Shown here: positions 11,193 through 20,672 of the stretch, one piece after another
How positions within the stretch are numbered: position 1 is the stretch's first letter
Layout of the letters: each line of letters starts with the position of its first letter
Assembly: GCA_963681965.1 (NCBI GenBank)
Contig: OY820579.1
Coordinates: forward strand, 672,001 to 736,000
DNA: 64,000 nt
Source: a bacterium
Lineage (GTDB): Bacteria > Electryoneota > JAOADG01
Direction: 5' to 3'
The notes under the pieces: generated by a model
Told to the model about the DNA's origin: nothing
Databases searched by the model: none
The model's input: only the letters and a program-made list of their open reading frames with translations
Program-made: the position numbers and the translations under genes

Positions 11193-13031
11193 ATGAATCG
11201 CTTTAATCTTGTTCTAATCGCAGCACTTTTGCTGATTATTGTAGGAATGGCGCAGCCTCGGGAGCTACCGGTCTCGTGGGGTCCGTTCCGTATGCTTTCG
11301 GAGGGAATGCCTAACGGTAGTTATCCTAAATCGGTAGCGGCAAAAGGGGATACGATCGTACTAGTCAAACTTGATATGATTGCCCATCTGCAATATACCT
11401 CCGTTCGCGTTTCGGGAGACAATGGTCGCACTTGGAGTCCTTGGCAGTACTTGAACGATACCACTATTCATCACTTCTCCGAATATCCTGCGCCGATTAT
11501 TACGAACAATAACATCATGGTAATGAATACGAACGCTGAGCTTCCGGAACGGTACGGTTTCTTTCGCACGACCGACCTTGGTCAAAGTTGGATTCGACCG
11601 AGAACAACCTATCATGCAGGTTACTACATGGACGGAACTTCCGGCGATACGATCATCATGAGTAATCCAAATCCGACGATACTGTCGGACTCGGTGACTT
11701 GGGTAACGTCCAATAGCCTGGTACTACAACCCCGGAAGAACTTGTTTTTCGATGTTCCCAATGTTAACTCTCAGTTTCTTTCTTACGGATCGTATTGTGC
11801 CAATCGTCAGTGGATGTTCGGAGTGTGTGGATTCTGCGATTTGGGACCATACTCTGCGACGCTATTGGCATTTCGGCGGATCTCGTACAATGGGCAGATC
11901 GTTGGACCCCTTCACATGCTCATGAACCACATTACCTACCATTTCTATGAAGGTATTGATTTCGATGACGATGGGAATGGTGTGATCTTCGTTGCTTCCG
12001 ACACCATGGGTCCTATTATCGACTATTTTGCAATTACCCGGATTGTTACTCACGATTATGGCGAATCGTGGTCGATTCCGGTCACGATGACACCGGTACT
12101 CTCAGCCGGTCGTTGGAATTATGTGAGTCATTACGGTCATTATTGGGCGATTTGCTGGCAAGACTCTTCGCACGCACCCGACCTCGATCCACTCTATAAC
12201 AGTATGGTAAAAATCTCCTTCTCACCCAATCGCGGACATTATTGGTATCCACCCGTCGAAGCCCCGCTCGGAGATACATCCCTTCTATATCGACGAAATC
12301 TGGCGATAACGATGGGACCGAATTACGTTCGAGTATTCGGTTTTTGTCCACCAGCCGGCGGTTATAGGTTCTATGAAAAGGAGATGATTTTCAATCGCGA
12401 TGCGCGCGCACCGGTGCTCAGCAATGGTACGATCATCCCCTTGTCGGTGTCGACCGACACCACACTGAATCTCGCGCTAACTGCCGTCGACAACGATTCG
12501 ATTTGGAATGCTATCCTCGTCGTAAAACGCATCGGATCGCGAGATTCCCTGATGGATACACTGCGGTACGACTCGCTGAATCGATACACAACTCACTTCA
12601 CCGTACCTACTGACAGTGGCGAATATGCCTACTATTATTTCGCCGAAGATCTTTGGGAAAACCGCGGTTACTATCCCGATAGTGCGCGCACGAATCCACC
12701 ACATTTCCGTGTTGGTGGTGTGAATGTTGTAAAAGAATCGGAGTTGTTACCTCAACAACCGTTACTTTGCGCCTTCCCCAATCCGGTAAACGGTATGATC
12801 ACCTTTACCGGTCAGTTGCCGGCACGCTCATCGACTACGCAACTCCAGATCTACAATCTTACCGGTGCACTGGTCGCATCGCTGCCGATCAAACCCAACA
12901 CTTCCGGTAGTTACCGCGCGATGTGGAATTGTCGAAATCGTTCCGGAACTACTATTGCTTCCGGTGTGTATTATGCCACGTTCGGATCAACCGCAGCACA
13001 CCAGACGCTGAAGTTTGTTGTTATGCGCTAA
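11193..13031 (+). CDS. Secreted BNR/Asp-box protein with T9SS/FlgD-type C-terminal domain, paralog 2
   Basis: SGDNGRTW, TTDLGQSW and THDYGESW; same architecture and C-terminal domain as the upstream gene; ATG 11193 follows GGGAG. Confidence 0.85.
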   Translation: MNRFNLVLIAALLLIIVGMAQPRELPVSWGPFRMLSEGMPNGSYPKSVAAKGDTIVLVKLDMIAHLQYTSVRVSGDNGRTWSPWQYLNDTTIHHFSEYPAPIITNNNIMVMNTNAELPERYGFFRTTDLGQSWIRPRTTYHAGYYMDGTSGDTIIMSNPNPTILSDSVTWVTSNSLVLQPRKNLFFDVPNVNSQFLSYGSYCANRQWMFGVCGFCDLGPYSATLLAFRRISYNGQIVGPLHMLMNHITYHFYEGIDFDDDGNGVIFVASDTMGPIIDYFAITRIVTHDYGESWSIPVTMTPVLSAGRWNYVSHYGHYWAICWQDSSHAPDLDPLYNSMVKISFSPNRGHYWYPPVEAPLGDTSLLYRRNLAITMGPNYVRVFGFCPPAGGYRFYEKEMIFNRDARAPVLSNGTIIPLSVSTDTTLNLALTAVDNDSIWNAILVVKRIGSRDSLMDTLRYDSLNRYTTHFTVPTDSGEYAYYYFAEDLWENRGYYPDSARTNPPHFRVGGVNVVKESELLPQQPLLCAFPNPVNGMITFTGQLPARSSTTQLQIYNLTGALVASLPIKPNTSGSYRAMWNCRNRSGTTIASGVYYATFGSTAAHQTLKFVVMR

Positions 13032-13155
13032 TTTTACAAGATCTTACATATCGTTTGCAATCCCAACTCGAATTTCCCGTCGACTCGGTTTTCCTGCGAT
13101 TGCCGCGCGTATTACATTATCCCGTTTCCAATTTTGATCTTAGGTCCGGGATACT

Positions 13156-14064
13156 ATGGTACAGAATCGCATTACCAATTTCGCTTATTCGCTCATCCTG
13201 ATGCTCTGCTCGCTGCTCTCGCTCGCATCCGGACTCGCCGCCGCCGAGACCGAGACCGGGAAATCGGCACTGATCGCCGCCGAAACCCGTCTTGCGGATG
13301 CGGTGAAACAGAATGGCGCAAAATCCGCATTTCTCGCAGTTTTGCACGACTCCTCAATCGTCTATCAACCGATTCCGATCAATGGCAAAGTCTGGGCATC
13401 GCAACTTCCCGATACCGAACGATTGTTGCAATGGGAACCCGCCCTCGTCGAGCTATCCAGTACACCCGATTTCGGCTATACAATTGGGCAATGGTGGAAA
13501 AGTCTTACCGATTCCACTCCGCCCACTGCTTCGGGTGCATATCTTTCAATCTGGAAACAGACCGACTCCGGCAAGTGGCGCATCGTACTCTACGCCCGAA
13601 TGCCCCATGCCTTCGCCGACACCAATGTCGACTATCTGCCCGAACGGCGCAGCGACCGGATTGCCAAGAGTAAATTGCCGAAACGCTCAGTCGACGAAGC
13701 AATTCGCTCGATGTGTATCGCCGACAATGTGTATAGCACACTGGCAAACAAAAAAGATTTGTTCGATGCCTTTCGAAACTCTGCCGCGACCGATATTCGC
13801 TTATTGCGCCCCGACCACCTCCCGGTGACTGGCGCTAATGCCGCATTGGCATGGTTATCCGTACACCCGACAAAAGAAAACTGGACGATTGCCGGCGCCG
13901 ATATGGCATCCACCGGCGATATTGGCTATACCTGCGGATTGATTATTCCCCCGGATGGAAATAAGAATGGCAACAATACCGGTTGTTATGTCAGAATTTG
14001 GCGACTCGACAACGAGGAAGTGTGGCGATTGGCGGTCGATTACGCCTATTTTCCGGTGAAATAA
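13156..14064 (+). CDS. Secreted tandem SnoaL/NTF2-like (DUF4440-type) protein
   Basis: Signal peptide; two repeats of W.P....S...D.GYT.G...G.Y(L/V)(S/R)IW(K/R)....W(R).. Confidence 0.75.
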   Translation: MVQNRITNFAYSLILMLCSLLSLASGLAAAETETGKSALIAAETRLADAVKQNGAKSAFLAVLHDSSIVYQPIPINGKVWASQLPDTERLLQWEPALVELSSTPDFGYTIGQWWKSLTDSTPPTASGAYLSIWKQTDSGKWRIVLYARMPHAFADTNVDYLPERRSDRIAKSKLPKRSVDEAIRSMCIADNVYSTLANKKDLFDAFRNSAATDIRLLRPDHLPVTGANAALAWLSVHPTKENWTIAGADMASTGDIGYTCGLIIPPDGNKNGNNTGCYVRIWRLDNEEVWRLAVDYAYFPVK

Positions 14065-14164
14065 GCGTTTTGACCGGTGGTGTGGCGTGTACGATTTATC
14101 TTGAGTATGTTCTTATTCACCCACGGAACCTGATGCAAACCGATTTAACCAAGCGAGCCGCATT

Positions 14165-14668
14165 ATGAACGCAATCTTCACCCGCCGCAGTATTCGGCAC
14201 TACACCAAACAGCCGGTTACCGACGAACAGCTCGAATATCTTCTGCGCGCCGCGATGTGCGCCCCTTCCGCCGGCAACGAACAGGCGTGGGAATTCATCG
14301 TTATCCGGCAGCACGAATTGCTCGCTGCCGTTCCCGAATTTCATGCCAATGCTTGGATGGCACCGGACGCCCCGGTCGCGATTCTGGTTTGTGGCAATCA
14401 GGCACGCGAAAAATACCCCGGTTTTTGGGTACAGGATTGCGCAGCAGCCACCCAAAACATTCTACTTGCCGCCACCGAACTTGGTCTCGGTACTGTGTGG
14501 GTGGGATTGCACCCCCGCACCGAACGGGAAGTGGAGTTTCGCAAGCTCTGTTCCATTACCGACGAAAAAATCGTTCCATTTTCACTGATCCCGATTGGAT
14601 ATCCCGACGAAGTTCGACCCGAGCGCGACAACTACGACCCACTGCGCATCCATTACAATACGTGGTAA
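14165..14668 (+). CDS. Nitroreductase family protein
   Basis: RRSIRHY, APSAGNEQAWEF, QDCAAATQNILLAATELGLGTVWVG and IPIGYP motifs. Confidence 0.95.
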   Translation: MNAIFTRRSIRHYTKQPVTDEQLEYLLRAAMCAPSAGNEQAWEFIVIRQHELLAAVPEFHANAWMAPDAPVAILVCGNQAREKYPGFWVQDCAAATQNILLAATELGLGTVWVGLHPRTEREVEFRKLCSITDEKIVPFSLIPIGYPDEVRPERDNYDPLRIHYNTW

Positions 14669-14819
14669 TGTGACGCGCGAATTGGGCTATTATTGAATTT
14701 TTGCGATTTATACCGGAACCAATTGACAATTTTCGTTGTAGAAGATATTTTGTAACACGGTGAAGGCACCGCTTTTCTCTAGATGTGACGATTCGATGTT
14801 GATGATGAGTGAGGAAAAG

Positions 14820-16874
14820 ATGAAACAACTGCTTGCAGTATGGTTCGGCTGTACACTTTGGCTCGCAACCGCCCTGAATACCGGAGCACAACCGGTTTGG
14901 CTGCCGACCAACGGTCCCGATGGCGGCACGGCAAATTCACTGCTGAGTTGCCGCAATGGCGATCTATTTGCGGTAATGAATCACAACCTGATCGTGAAAG
15001 TCACCGATCACGAACCCACCCTCCAACGTGCCATTTTACCCAGTTACGAAAATATTGCGCAATTGGCGGAAGCGCCGAACGGACACCTGTATGCCTTAGG
15101 TTCCAACTTCTACCGTTCGACCGATCGCGGTGTCAGTTGGACGCGGCTATCGAGTTTTCAGGGTTATGCCGTTTGCGTCGACGACTCCGGTGCCGTGATT
15201 GTCTCAGCCGACACGAATATCTACCGCTCGACCAACGAAGGGGATACGTGGTTGCGAAGAAATCAACGTGGTGCCGTGGCGCTGTTCCGTGCTCCTCACC
15301 GTTCCGTGATCGCGATCACCAACAATACCGCCTCGTCGCAGTTATTGAAAACGACGGATGGCGGAATCACTTGGAATCAGGTGTTTAGCTATAATTCACG
15401 GATCCTCGGGTTTACCATGGCGGATTCGGTCACTTGGTATCTTTCGATCGAAAGCCCGTCGATGATTTTCCGGACGCAGAATGCCGGTCTTGGCTGGTCG
15501 CCGTTTGGTCCATCGCGCCGCGCATGGGAACTGGCGGCGGCATCAAACGGATATTTGTATGCGAAAACCAGCGGGATAGAACGCATCTCACCTGCCGGTA
15601 CGGCGTGGGAAGATTTACAATTTCCCGAACAATTCAATCTCCGCAACGCGACTCTATTGAAGAATCAGGCGACCGGAAATGTGCTTGCCAGCGGGATCAA
15701 TAACGGATTGTACGAATACACCGGCAGTCAATGGCAGTCGCTGATGACGGGAATTCGCACCACAGCAGTGCAGTCCATTGCGTCATACGGTAGAAACATC
15801 TACGCTTCGGTACCCGGAAGAATCGTTCAATCGACCGATAACGGAACCTCATGGAATACAATTTCTACTTTTTTATATTCTTCGCCGATCATCGCGACAA
15901 CACATACCGGAGCGCTCCTGTACGGAAATATCGGTACTAACGAAAACGCAATTCAACGATCCATTAACAACGGCGCTCATTGGGATACGGTTGCGACATC
16001 GCGCGATAAAGTAAAATTTCTCACAGCACCCGATGGAAATATGTATATCAACCGCGGTGTGCCAAACACAGTACGGTTTTCGCAAATCATCCGGTCTACA
16101 GACGACGGTCTGACGTGGTATCCGGTTTTCGCGATCGACAATACGATCAATGCGTTTACCGTTTCGTCGCACGGTGTGGTGTTTGCTGCGGTGGGAATTT
16201 CGCTCTATCGTTACACTCCGAGCACCTCTACCACCCAAGAGTTTCCACTGTCGACTCAAATCAGTGATATGTCAATTAGCGATTCCGGAACAGCAATCTG
16301 CGTCGCGAACCGTCAACTGGTGAGATTAAGTGAAACGGGATATTCATTTACGACAATTGCAGCGCCGTTCGCCAATAAAATTGTCCGCAATCGCGACGGT
16401 CGAATCTACTTAGCCTCCGGTAGCGATTATTACACGACTGACAGTGCGGGTTGGATCACGATCGATTCCGGTGCGACAGCATCCGCTTGTTTATCGTTTG
16501 CATTCGATCCGGTCTCAGGTTACATCTTTTCCGGAACCGATGGCGATGGTGTATACCGCACGGCACTGCCGACGGTTGGCGTAGCATCGTCATCAATCGA
16601 TCCGCTGCCGACAGCGATCGAACTTTTACCGGTTTATCCCAACCCGTTCAATTCATCAACCGTTATTTCGATTGCGTTACCGTCGACATCGCCGATTTCG
16701 CTCGATATTTACGATAACAATGGTCGATTCGTACAACAGATATGGCGGGGAAACTCACCGGCAGGCGTACACCGGTTTATCTGGAATGCCGGAAACAGCG
16801 CCAGTGGAACCTATTATGCCCGGCTCGCGTCCGGAAGACGCGTTTCGACCAAAGCGATACAGTTAATTAAATAG
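14820..16874 (+). CDS. Secreted Asp-box beta-propeller (YCF48/VPS10-like) protein with T9SS type-A sorting domain
   Basis: Many RSTD.G.(S/T)W repeats; signal peptide MKQLLAVWFG; YPNPFNSST...ASGTYYARL...IQLIK. Confidence 0.85.
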   Translation: MKQLLAVWFGCTLWLATALNTGAQPVWLPTNGPDGGTANSLLSCRNGDLFAVMNHNLIVKVTDHEPTLQRAILPSYENIAQLAEAPNGHLYALGSNFYRSTDRGVSWTRLSSFQGYAVCVDDSGAVIVSADTNIYRSTNEGDTWLRRNQRGAVALFRAPHRSVIAITNNTASSQLLKTTDGGITWNQVFSYNSRILGFTMADSVTWYLSIESPSMIFRTQNAGLGWSPFGPSRRAWELAAASNGYLYAKTSGIERISPAGTAWEDLQFPEQFNLRNATLLKNQATGNVLASGINNGLYEYTGSQWQSLMTGIRTTAVQSIASYGRNIYASVPGRIVQSTDNGTSWNTISTFLYSSPIIATTHTGALLYGNIGTNENAIQRSINNGAHWDTVATSRDKVKFLTAPDGNMYINRGVPNTVRFSQIIRSTDDGLTWYPVFAIDNTINAFTVSSHGVVFAAVGISLYRYTPSTSTTQEFPLSTQISDMSISDSGTAICVANRQLVRLSETGYSFTTIAAPFANKIVRNRDGRIYLASGSDYYTTDSAGWITIDSGATASACLSFAFDPVSGYIFSGTDGDGVYRTALPTVGVASSSIDPLPTAIELLPVYPNPFNSSTVISIALPSTSPISLDIYDNNGRFVQQIWRGNSPAGVHRFIWNAGNSASGTYYARLASGRRVSTKAIQLIK

Positions 16875-16910
16875 CTCGACATGTTTACAATTATCGTTCG
16901 ATGGAGCCAG

Positions 16911-18314
16911 ATGATGCGTTGGAATAAATCAGTTTCGATCACTTGCTTGCTTTTGTTGTTTGCAATTTCAGCATACGCGCAATACAGTAGTCCGGAAAGC
17001 GTCGTATACGATCCGGTCCGGAGTCGGTATTTAATCTCGAATGCCGGTGCCGGTTCGATCGTCCAGCGGGATTCGCTGGGATATCTCACGAACTACATCA
17101 CTGGCTTGAATTCGCCCAAGGGGATGTGTATTGTTCGCGATACGCTTTATTTCACCGATGTATCGGTCGTGCACGCCTATCGCCTCAGCACCGCTACGCT
17201 TTTGTATAACATTACGCCAGCGACGACAACCGGTCTCAACGATATCGACGGCGATACTACCGCAGTTTACTTTACCGATATGTCGGTCGGTCGAATTTAT
17301 CGCTATAACATTCGAACGCACACACTCACGACGTTTGTCGGCAGCTCGCTCAATACTCCGAATGGGGTTTTGCTCGATCATCCCCACAACCGGTTGCTGA
17401 TTGTATCGTATCGGACGAATTCACCAATTCAAGCGGCGAACTTAACGACTGGTGCGGTAACGACAATTACCACCACCCGTTACTCCGATCTGGATGGCAT
17501 TACCCGCGATTGGCGCGGTTATATTTACGTCTCCAGTTGGGCATCCAATAATGTCATTATGTTCACCCACGATTTTTCGACAAGCACGATTTTTTCTTCC
17601 GGATATTCCGGTCCTGCCGACATCTATTACAACGTCTATCGCAACGAATTTGCAATACCCTCTTTCAGCGATAACCGCGTGCTCTTTGTCGACGGCGCGC
17701 TACTTCCCAACGCTTCCATTTCGGATACGGCACACAATTGGGGTACGATTGCCCAAAACAGTGCCCAAGTGAGTTGGAATATGTCGATCTACAACACCGG
17801 ACCCGGCGATTTAACGGTCGATTCCATCTTGTTTAACAGTATGGTGTATTCGGTTGTCCCGAGTTCCGGCGTGATCAATAGTAACGATTCGGTGCCACTA
17901 ACCGTATATCTGAATCCGATTTTTCCGAATGGAAACGATCTCATGCAGATTTACACCAACGATCCGTTTCACCCATTGCTTACCGTTCGACACACGGCGA
18001 ATATCACAACCGGTTCAACGCCGGAAAGTGGCGAGAGACTGCCGGCAGGATTTGCAATCGGCACACCATACCCGGCACCCTTCAATCCAACCGTAACGGT
18101 GGATATTTCAATTCCAAGAGTATCGAATCTATCATTGAAACTCTACAATACAATGGGTGCTCTGCTTCGCGCAGAGTCGTTGACGGCACTAAATCCCGGT
18201 AATCATAAAATCAGTGTCAATGCATCCGATCTTCCCAGTGGGATGTATTTCATTCAGATAACTGGAATACCCGGAGCCAGTCCGGTGCTGCGTAAAGCAA
18301 TTTTAGTGAAATAG
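16911..18314 (+). CDS. Secreted SMP-30/gluconolactonase-like beta-propeller with Ig (choice-of-anchor D-like) domain and T9SS sorting domain
   Basis: SPESVVYD...YLISN, LNSPKGM, LNDI, PNGVLLD, LDGI and GPADIYY repeats; YPAPFNP...PSGMYFIQ C-terminus. Confidence 0.8.
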   Translation: MMRWNKSVSITCLLLLFAISAYAQYSSPESVVYDPVRSRYLISNAGAGSIVQRDSLGYLTNYITGLNSPKGMCIVRDTLYFTDVSVVHAYRLSTATLLYNITPATTTGLNDIDGDTTAVYFTDMSVGRIYRYNIRTHTLTTFVGSSLNTPNGVLLDHPHNRLLIVSYRTNSPIQAANLTTGAVTTITTTRYSDLDGITRDWRGYIYVSSWASNNVIMFTHDFSTSTIFSSGYSGPADIYYNVYRNEFAIPSFSDNRVLFVDGALLPNASISDTAHNWGTIAQNSAQVSWNMSIYNTGPGDLTVDSILFNSMVYSVVPSSGVINSNDSVPLTVYLNPIFPNGNDLMQIYTNDPFHPLLTVRHTANITTGSTPESGERLPAGFAIGTPYPAPFNPTVTVDISIPRVSNLSLKLYNTMGALLRAESLTALNPGNHKISVNASDLPSGMYFIQITGIPGASPVLRKAILVK

Positions 18315-18333
18315 GATCGCTTCAATTTGTTGT

Positions 18334-18361
18334 AAGGGGCGCGAAACCGTGCCCCTTTTTT
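18334..18361 (+). terminator. Intrinsic terminator
   Basis: AAGGGGCGCG-AAAC-CGTGCCCC-TTTTTT. Confidence 0.8.
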
Positions 18362-18391
18362 GTATCTTGCTCTCAACGATCCAGTGGAACC

Positions 18392-19465
18392 ATGAATACC
18401 GAACAGCAACCGTCATCAGAATTAGGCAAAATCTCAGCCGATATCTTCGACCGGGTCATATATCCGAAACTTGGACGCTCGAGAAATTCCGAGGTTTTGG
18501 TTGGACCACATACCGGTGTCGATGTTGGTATCGTCGCACTTGGCAATGGACAAGTGATGGCACTGACGACGGACCCGCTTTGGGTATTACCGGAATTCGG
18601 CTGGGCACGCGCCGGTTGGTTCGCAATCCATATCATCGCCTCCGATGCCGCCACTTCCGGACTAGAACTGAAGTATATCACACTCGACTTAAATCTTCCT
18701 CCATCGCTGCCGGCAGACGATTTTTCCGAATTGTGGGAGGTAACTCACCGCACATGCGATGATATCGGACTCGCTATCGTCACGGGTCATACCGGTCGGT
18801 ACGACGGCTGCAATTTTCCCACGATCGGTAGTGGCACCGTCATCGCTATCGGCAACGAATACGATTACATCACACCAACCATGGCACAGCCGGGTGATAT
18901 TGTTGTCATGACCAAAGGCGCTGCGATTGAAACTACTGCTCATTTCGGGGTTGCGTTTCCGGATCGTATTCGTGCCGCTTGCGGCGAGGCGATTGCAACA
19001 GCAGCACAAGATTTGTATTGGCAGTTATCGGTCGTGAAAGAAGCACGGTTAGCGGCAAGTATCGGTGTGCGCGAGCGCGGTGTCACTGCGATGCACGACG
19101 CAACCGAACGTGGTGTGTGGGGCGGGTTGTATGAGATCGCGCAGGCTTCCGGCAATGGATTATTGATTCACAAGGACGCGATTTTAATTCCGCCGGTGGT
19201 TGAAGCGGTCTGCGGTTTATTCAATATCGACCCTTACCCTGCCAGCAGCGAGGGAACACTACTCCTGACCTGCCGACCACGACGCGTGATGGATTTGATC
19301 GCAATATTATCTGATAACGGAATCGATTGTACGATGATCGGCGAGATCCTTCCTCGAGAAAAGGGAATTAAATATATCGAGAACGGACAAATCAAAGATT
19401 TGATTTATCCCGAACACGATCCATTTTGGGACGTATTCACTGCCGAACGCGAGAGGTCGGTATGA
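18392..19465 (+). CDS. AIR synthase-related (PurM-like) ATP-binding protein of unknown function
   Basis: GKI...GP..GVDVG, TTDP, ASDAATSG, TGHTG, AMHDATERGVWGGLYEIA and SEGTLL motifs; lacks the HypE C-terminal PRIC. Confidence 0.85.
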   Translation: MNTEQQPSSELGKISADIFDRVIYPKLGRSRNSEVLVGPHTGVDVGIVALGNGQVMALTTDPLWVLPEFGWARAGWFAIHIIASDAATSGLELKYITLDLNLPPSLPADDFSELWEVTHRTCDDIGLAIVTGHTGRYDGCNFPTIGSGTVIAIGNEYDYITPTMAQPGDIVVMTKGAAIETTAHFGVAFPDRIRAACGEAIATAAQDLYWQLSVVKEARLAASIGVRERGVTAMHDATERGVWGGLYEIAQASGNGLLIHKDAILIPPVVEAVCGLFNIDPYPASSEGTLLLTCRPRRVMDLIAILSDNGIDCTMIGEILPREKGIKYIENGQIKDLIYPEHDPFWDVFTAERERSV

Positions 19466-20508
19466 CTCACAAAACACTAGCGGACATCGGTGAATTTGGG
19501 TTAATCGAACGGCTCAAGCGGTTTCTACCCGGTTCACTTCCTGAAGATGTGGTGCTTGGCATCGGCGACGATTGTGCAATCATCCGTATTTCCGACGACC
19601 GGGTATTTGTGGTCACCTGTGATATGCAGGTTGACACTGTCCATTTTCGCAGCGACCACACTGAACCCTACGTGATTGGCAGACGAGCAATGTCAGTCAA
19701 TCTGTCGGATATCGCTGCCATGGGCGCAACACCCCGATTTGCGCTAGTATCACTTGGCTTGCCGGAAGCATTGTCATCCGATTTCTTCGACCGTATGTAT
19801 CAGGGATTGGTCGATCGGCTTACCGAATTCGGTGGTGTTGTCATTGGTGGAAATTTTTCCCGCACCGATAAAATCATTATTGATCTTTTTATAATTGGTG
19901 AAGCGCATCCCGACCACATCCTCACCCGTTCCGGTGCGCAACCCGGTGACCGGTTGTTCGTCACTGGTTGTCTCGGCAGCTCTGCCGCAGGACAACTTCT
20001 TCTATCGCAGTTCGATCGATCCGCACTTCCATCGACCTTCGCTTCACTTATCAACGCACATCTTAATCCCACCCCTCGTGTAGCATTTGCCAAAAAGCTT
20101 GCCGAAGCCGACATCGCAACTGCGGCAATCGATATCAGCGATGGACTTGCTGCCGATCTGGGGCATCTCTGCGACCGCAGTCAGTGCGATGTACTCGTGC
20201 GATACGGCGCATTGCCATTTCTCCTTGAACTTGATGCTGCTATCGAATGGATCAACCAGAATAATTCGATTACATCGCGTGAATCGCTGATCCTTCAAGG
20301 CGGCGAAGATTACGAGTTGCTATTTACCATACCCGCTTCCGTTTCGCTGGACACGCTCCGCAAAATTGCGAATCAAACGAAAACGCTTATCACGGAAATC
20401 GGTCGCATCGCGCCACGTGATGCCGGAAGATTCTTAGAATTGACCGATGGCAGCAATAAAACCCTCTCTGGTTCCGGGTGGGATCACTATTCTCCGAATC
20501 GAGCATAG
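19462..20508 (+). CDS. thiL: Thiamine-monophosphate kinase
   Basis: GEFGLI, GIGDDCA, NLSDIAAMG, IDISDGL, GGEDYELLFT and GWDHY motifs; ATGA overlap with the upstream stop. Confidence 0.95.
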   Translation: MTHKTLADIGEFGLIERLKRFLPGSLPEDVVLGIGDDCAIIRISDDRVFVVTCDMQVDTVHFRSDHTEPYVIGRRAMSVNLSDIAAMGATPRFALVSLGLPEALSSDFFDRMYQGLVDRLTEFGGVVIGGNFSRTDKIIIDLFIIGEAHPDHILTRSGAQPGDRLFVTGCLGSSAAGQLLLSQFDRSALPSTFASLINAHLNPTPRVAFAKKLAEADIATAAIDISDGLAADLGHLCDRSQCDVLVRYGALPFLLELDAAIEWINQNNSITSRESLILQGGEDYELLFTIPASVSLDTLRKIANQTKTLITEIGRIAPRDAGRFLELTDGSNKTLSGSGWDHYSPNRA

Positions 20509-20620
20509 TGATTCTTGAAAATAAGTTGTCATGATTCGGTGTCAGGCTTCGCCTGACCTGCGGGCGGACGCGGGGGTCTGCCCCTACTACCGATAACAAC
20601 TTATTTTCAAGAGATACTAT
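20505..20620. mobile_element. MITE-like element copy B (116 bp, 28-bp imperfect TIRs) carrying two REP hairpins
   Basis: Left end ATAGTGATTCTTGAAAATAAGTTGTCAT versus reverse complement of right end ATAGTATCTCTTGAAAATAAGTTGTTAT (24/28 match). Confidence 0.75.
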
Positions 20621-20622
20621 AT

Positions 20623-20651
20623 AAAAAAAGGCGCACTCGCGTGCGCCTTTC
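20623..20651 (-). terminator. Intrinsic terminator of the FadL-like gene
   Basis: AAAAAAAGGCGCAC-TCGC-GTGCGCCTTT. Confidence 0.8.
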
Positions 20652-20672
20652 TAGAATTCTGTCCAACTGATT

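Noticed and set aside
10916-12920. Diversity-generating retroelement TR/VR pair in the two CTD-coding regions
   Set aside because: No reverse transcriptase; the differences are mostly synonymous third-position changes, not adenine-specific; both copies are coding.
18315-18391. TPP riboswitch ahead of the thiL operon
   Set aside because: The gap is only 77 bp, holds a terminator hairpin and lacks the CTGAGA core.
18392-19465. hypE call
   Set aside because: No C-terminal PR(I/V)C and no hydrogenase maturation genes nearby.
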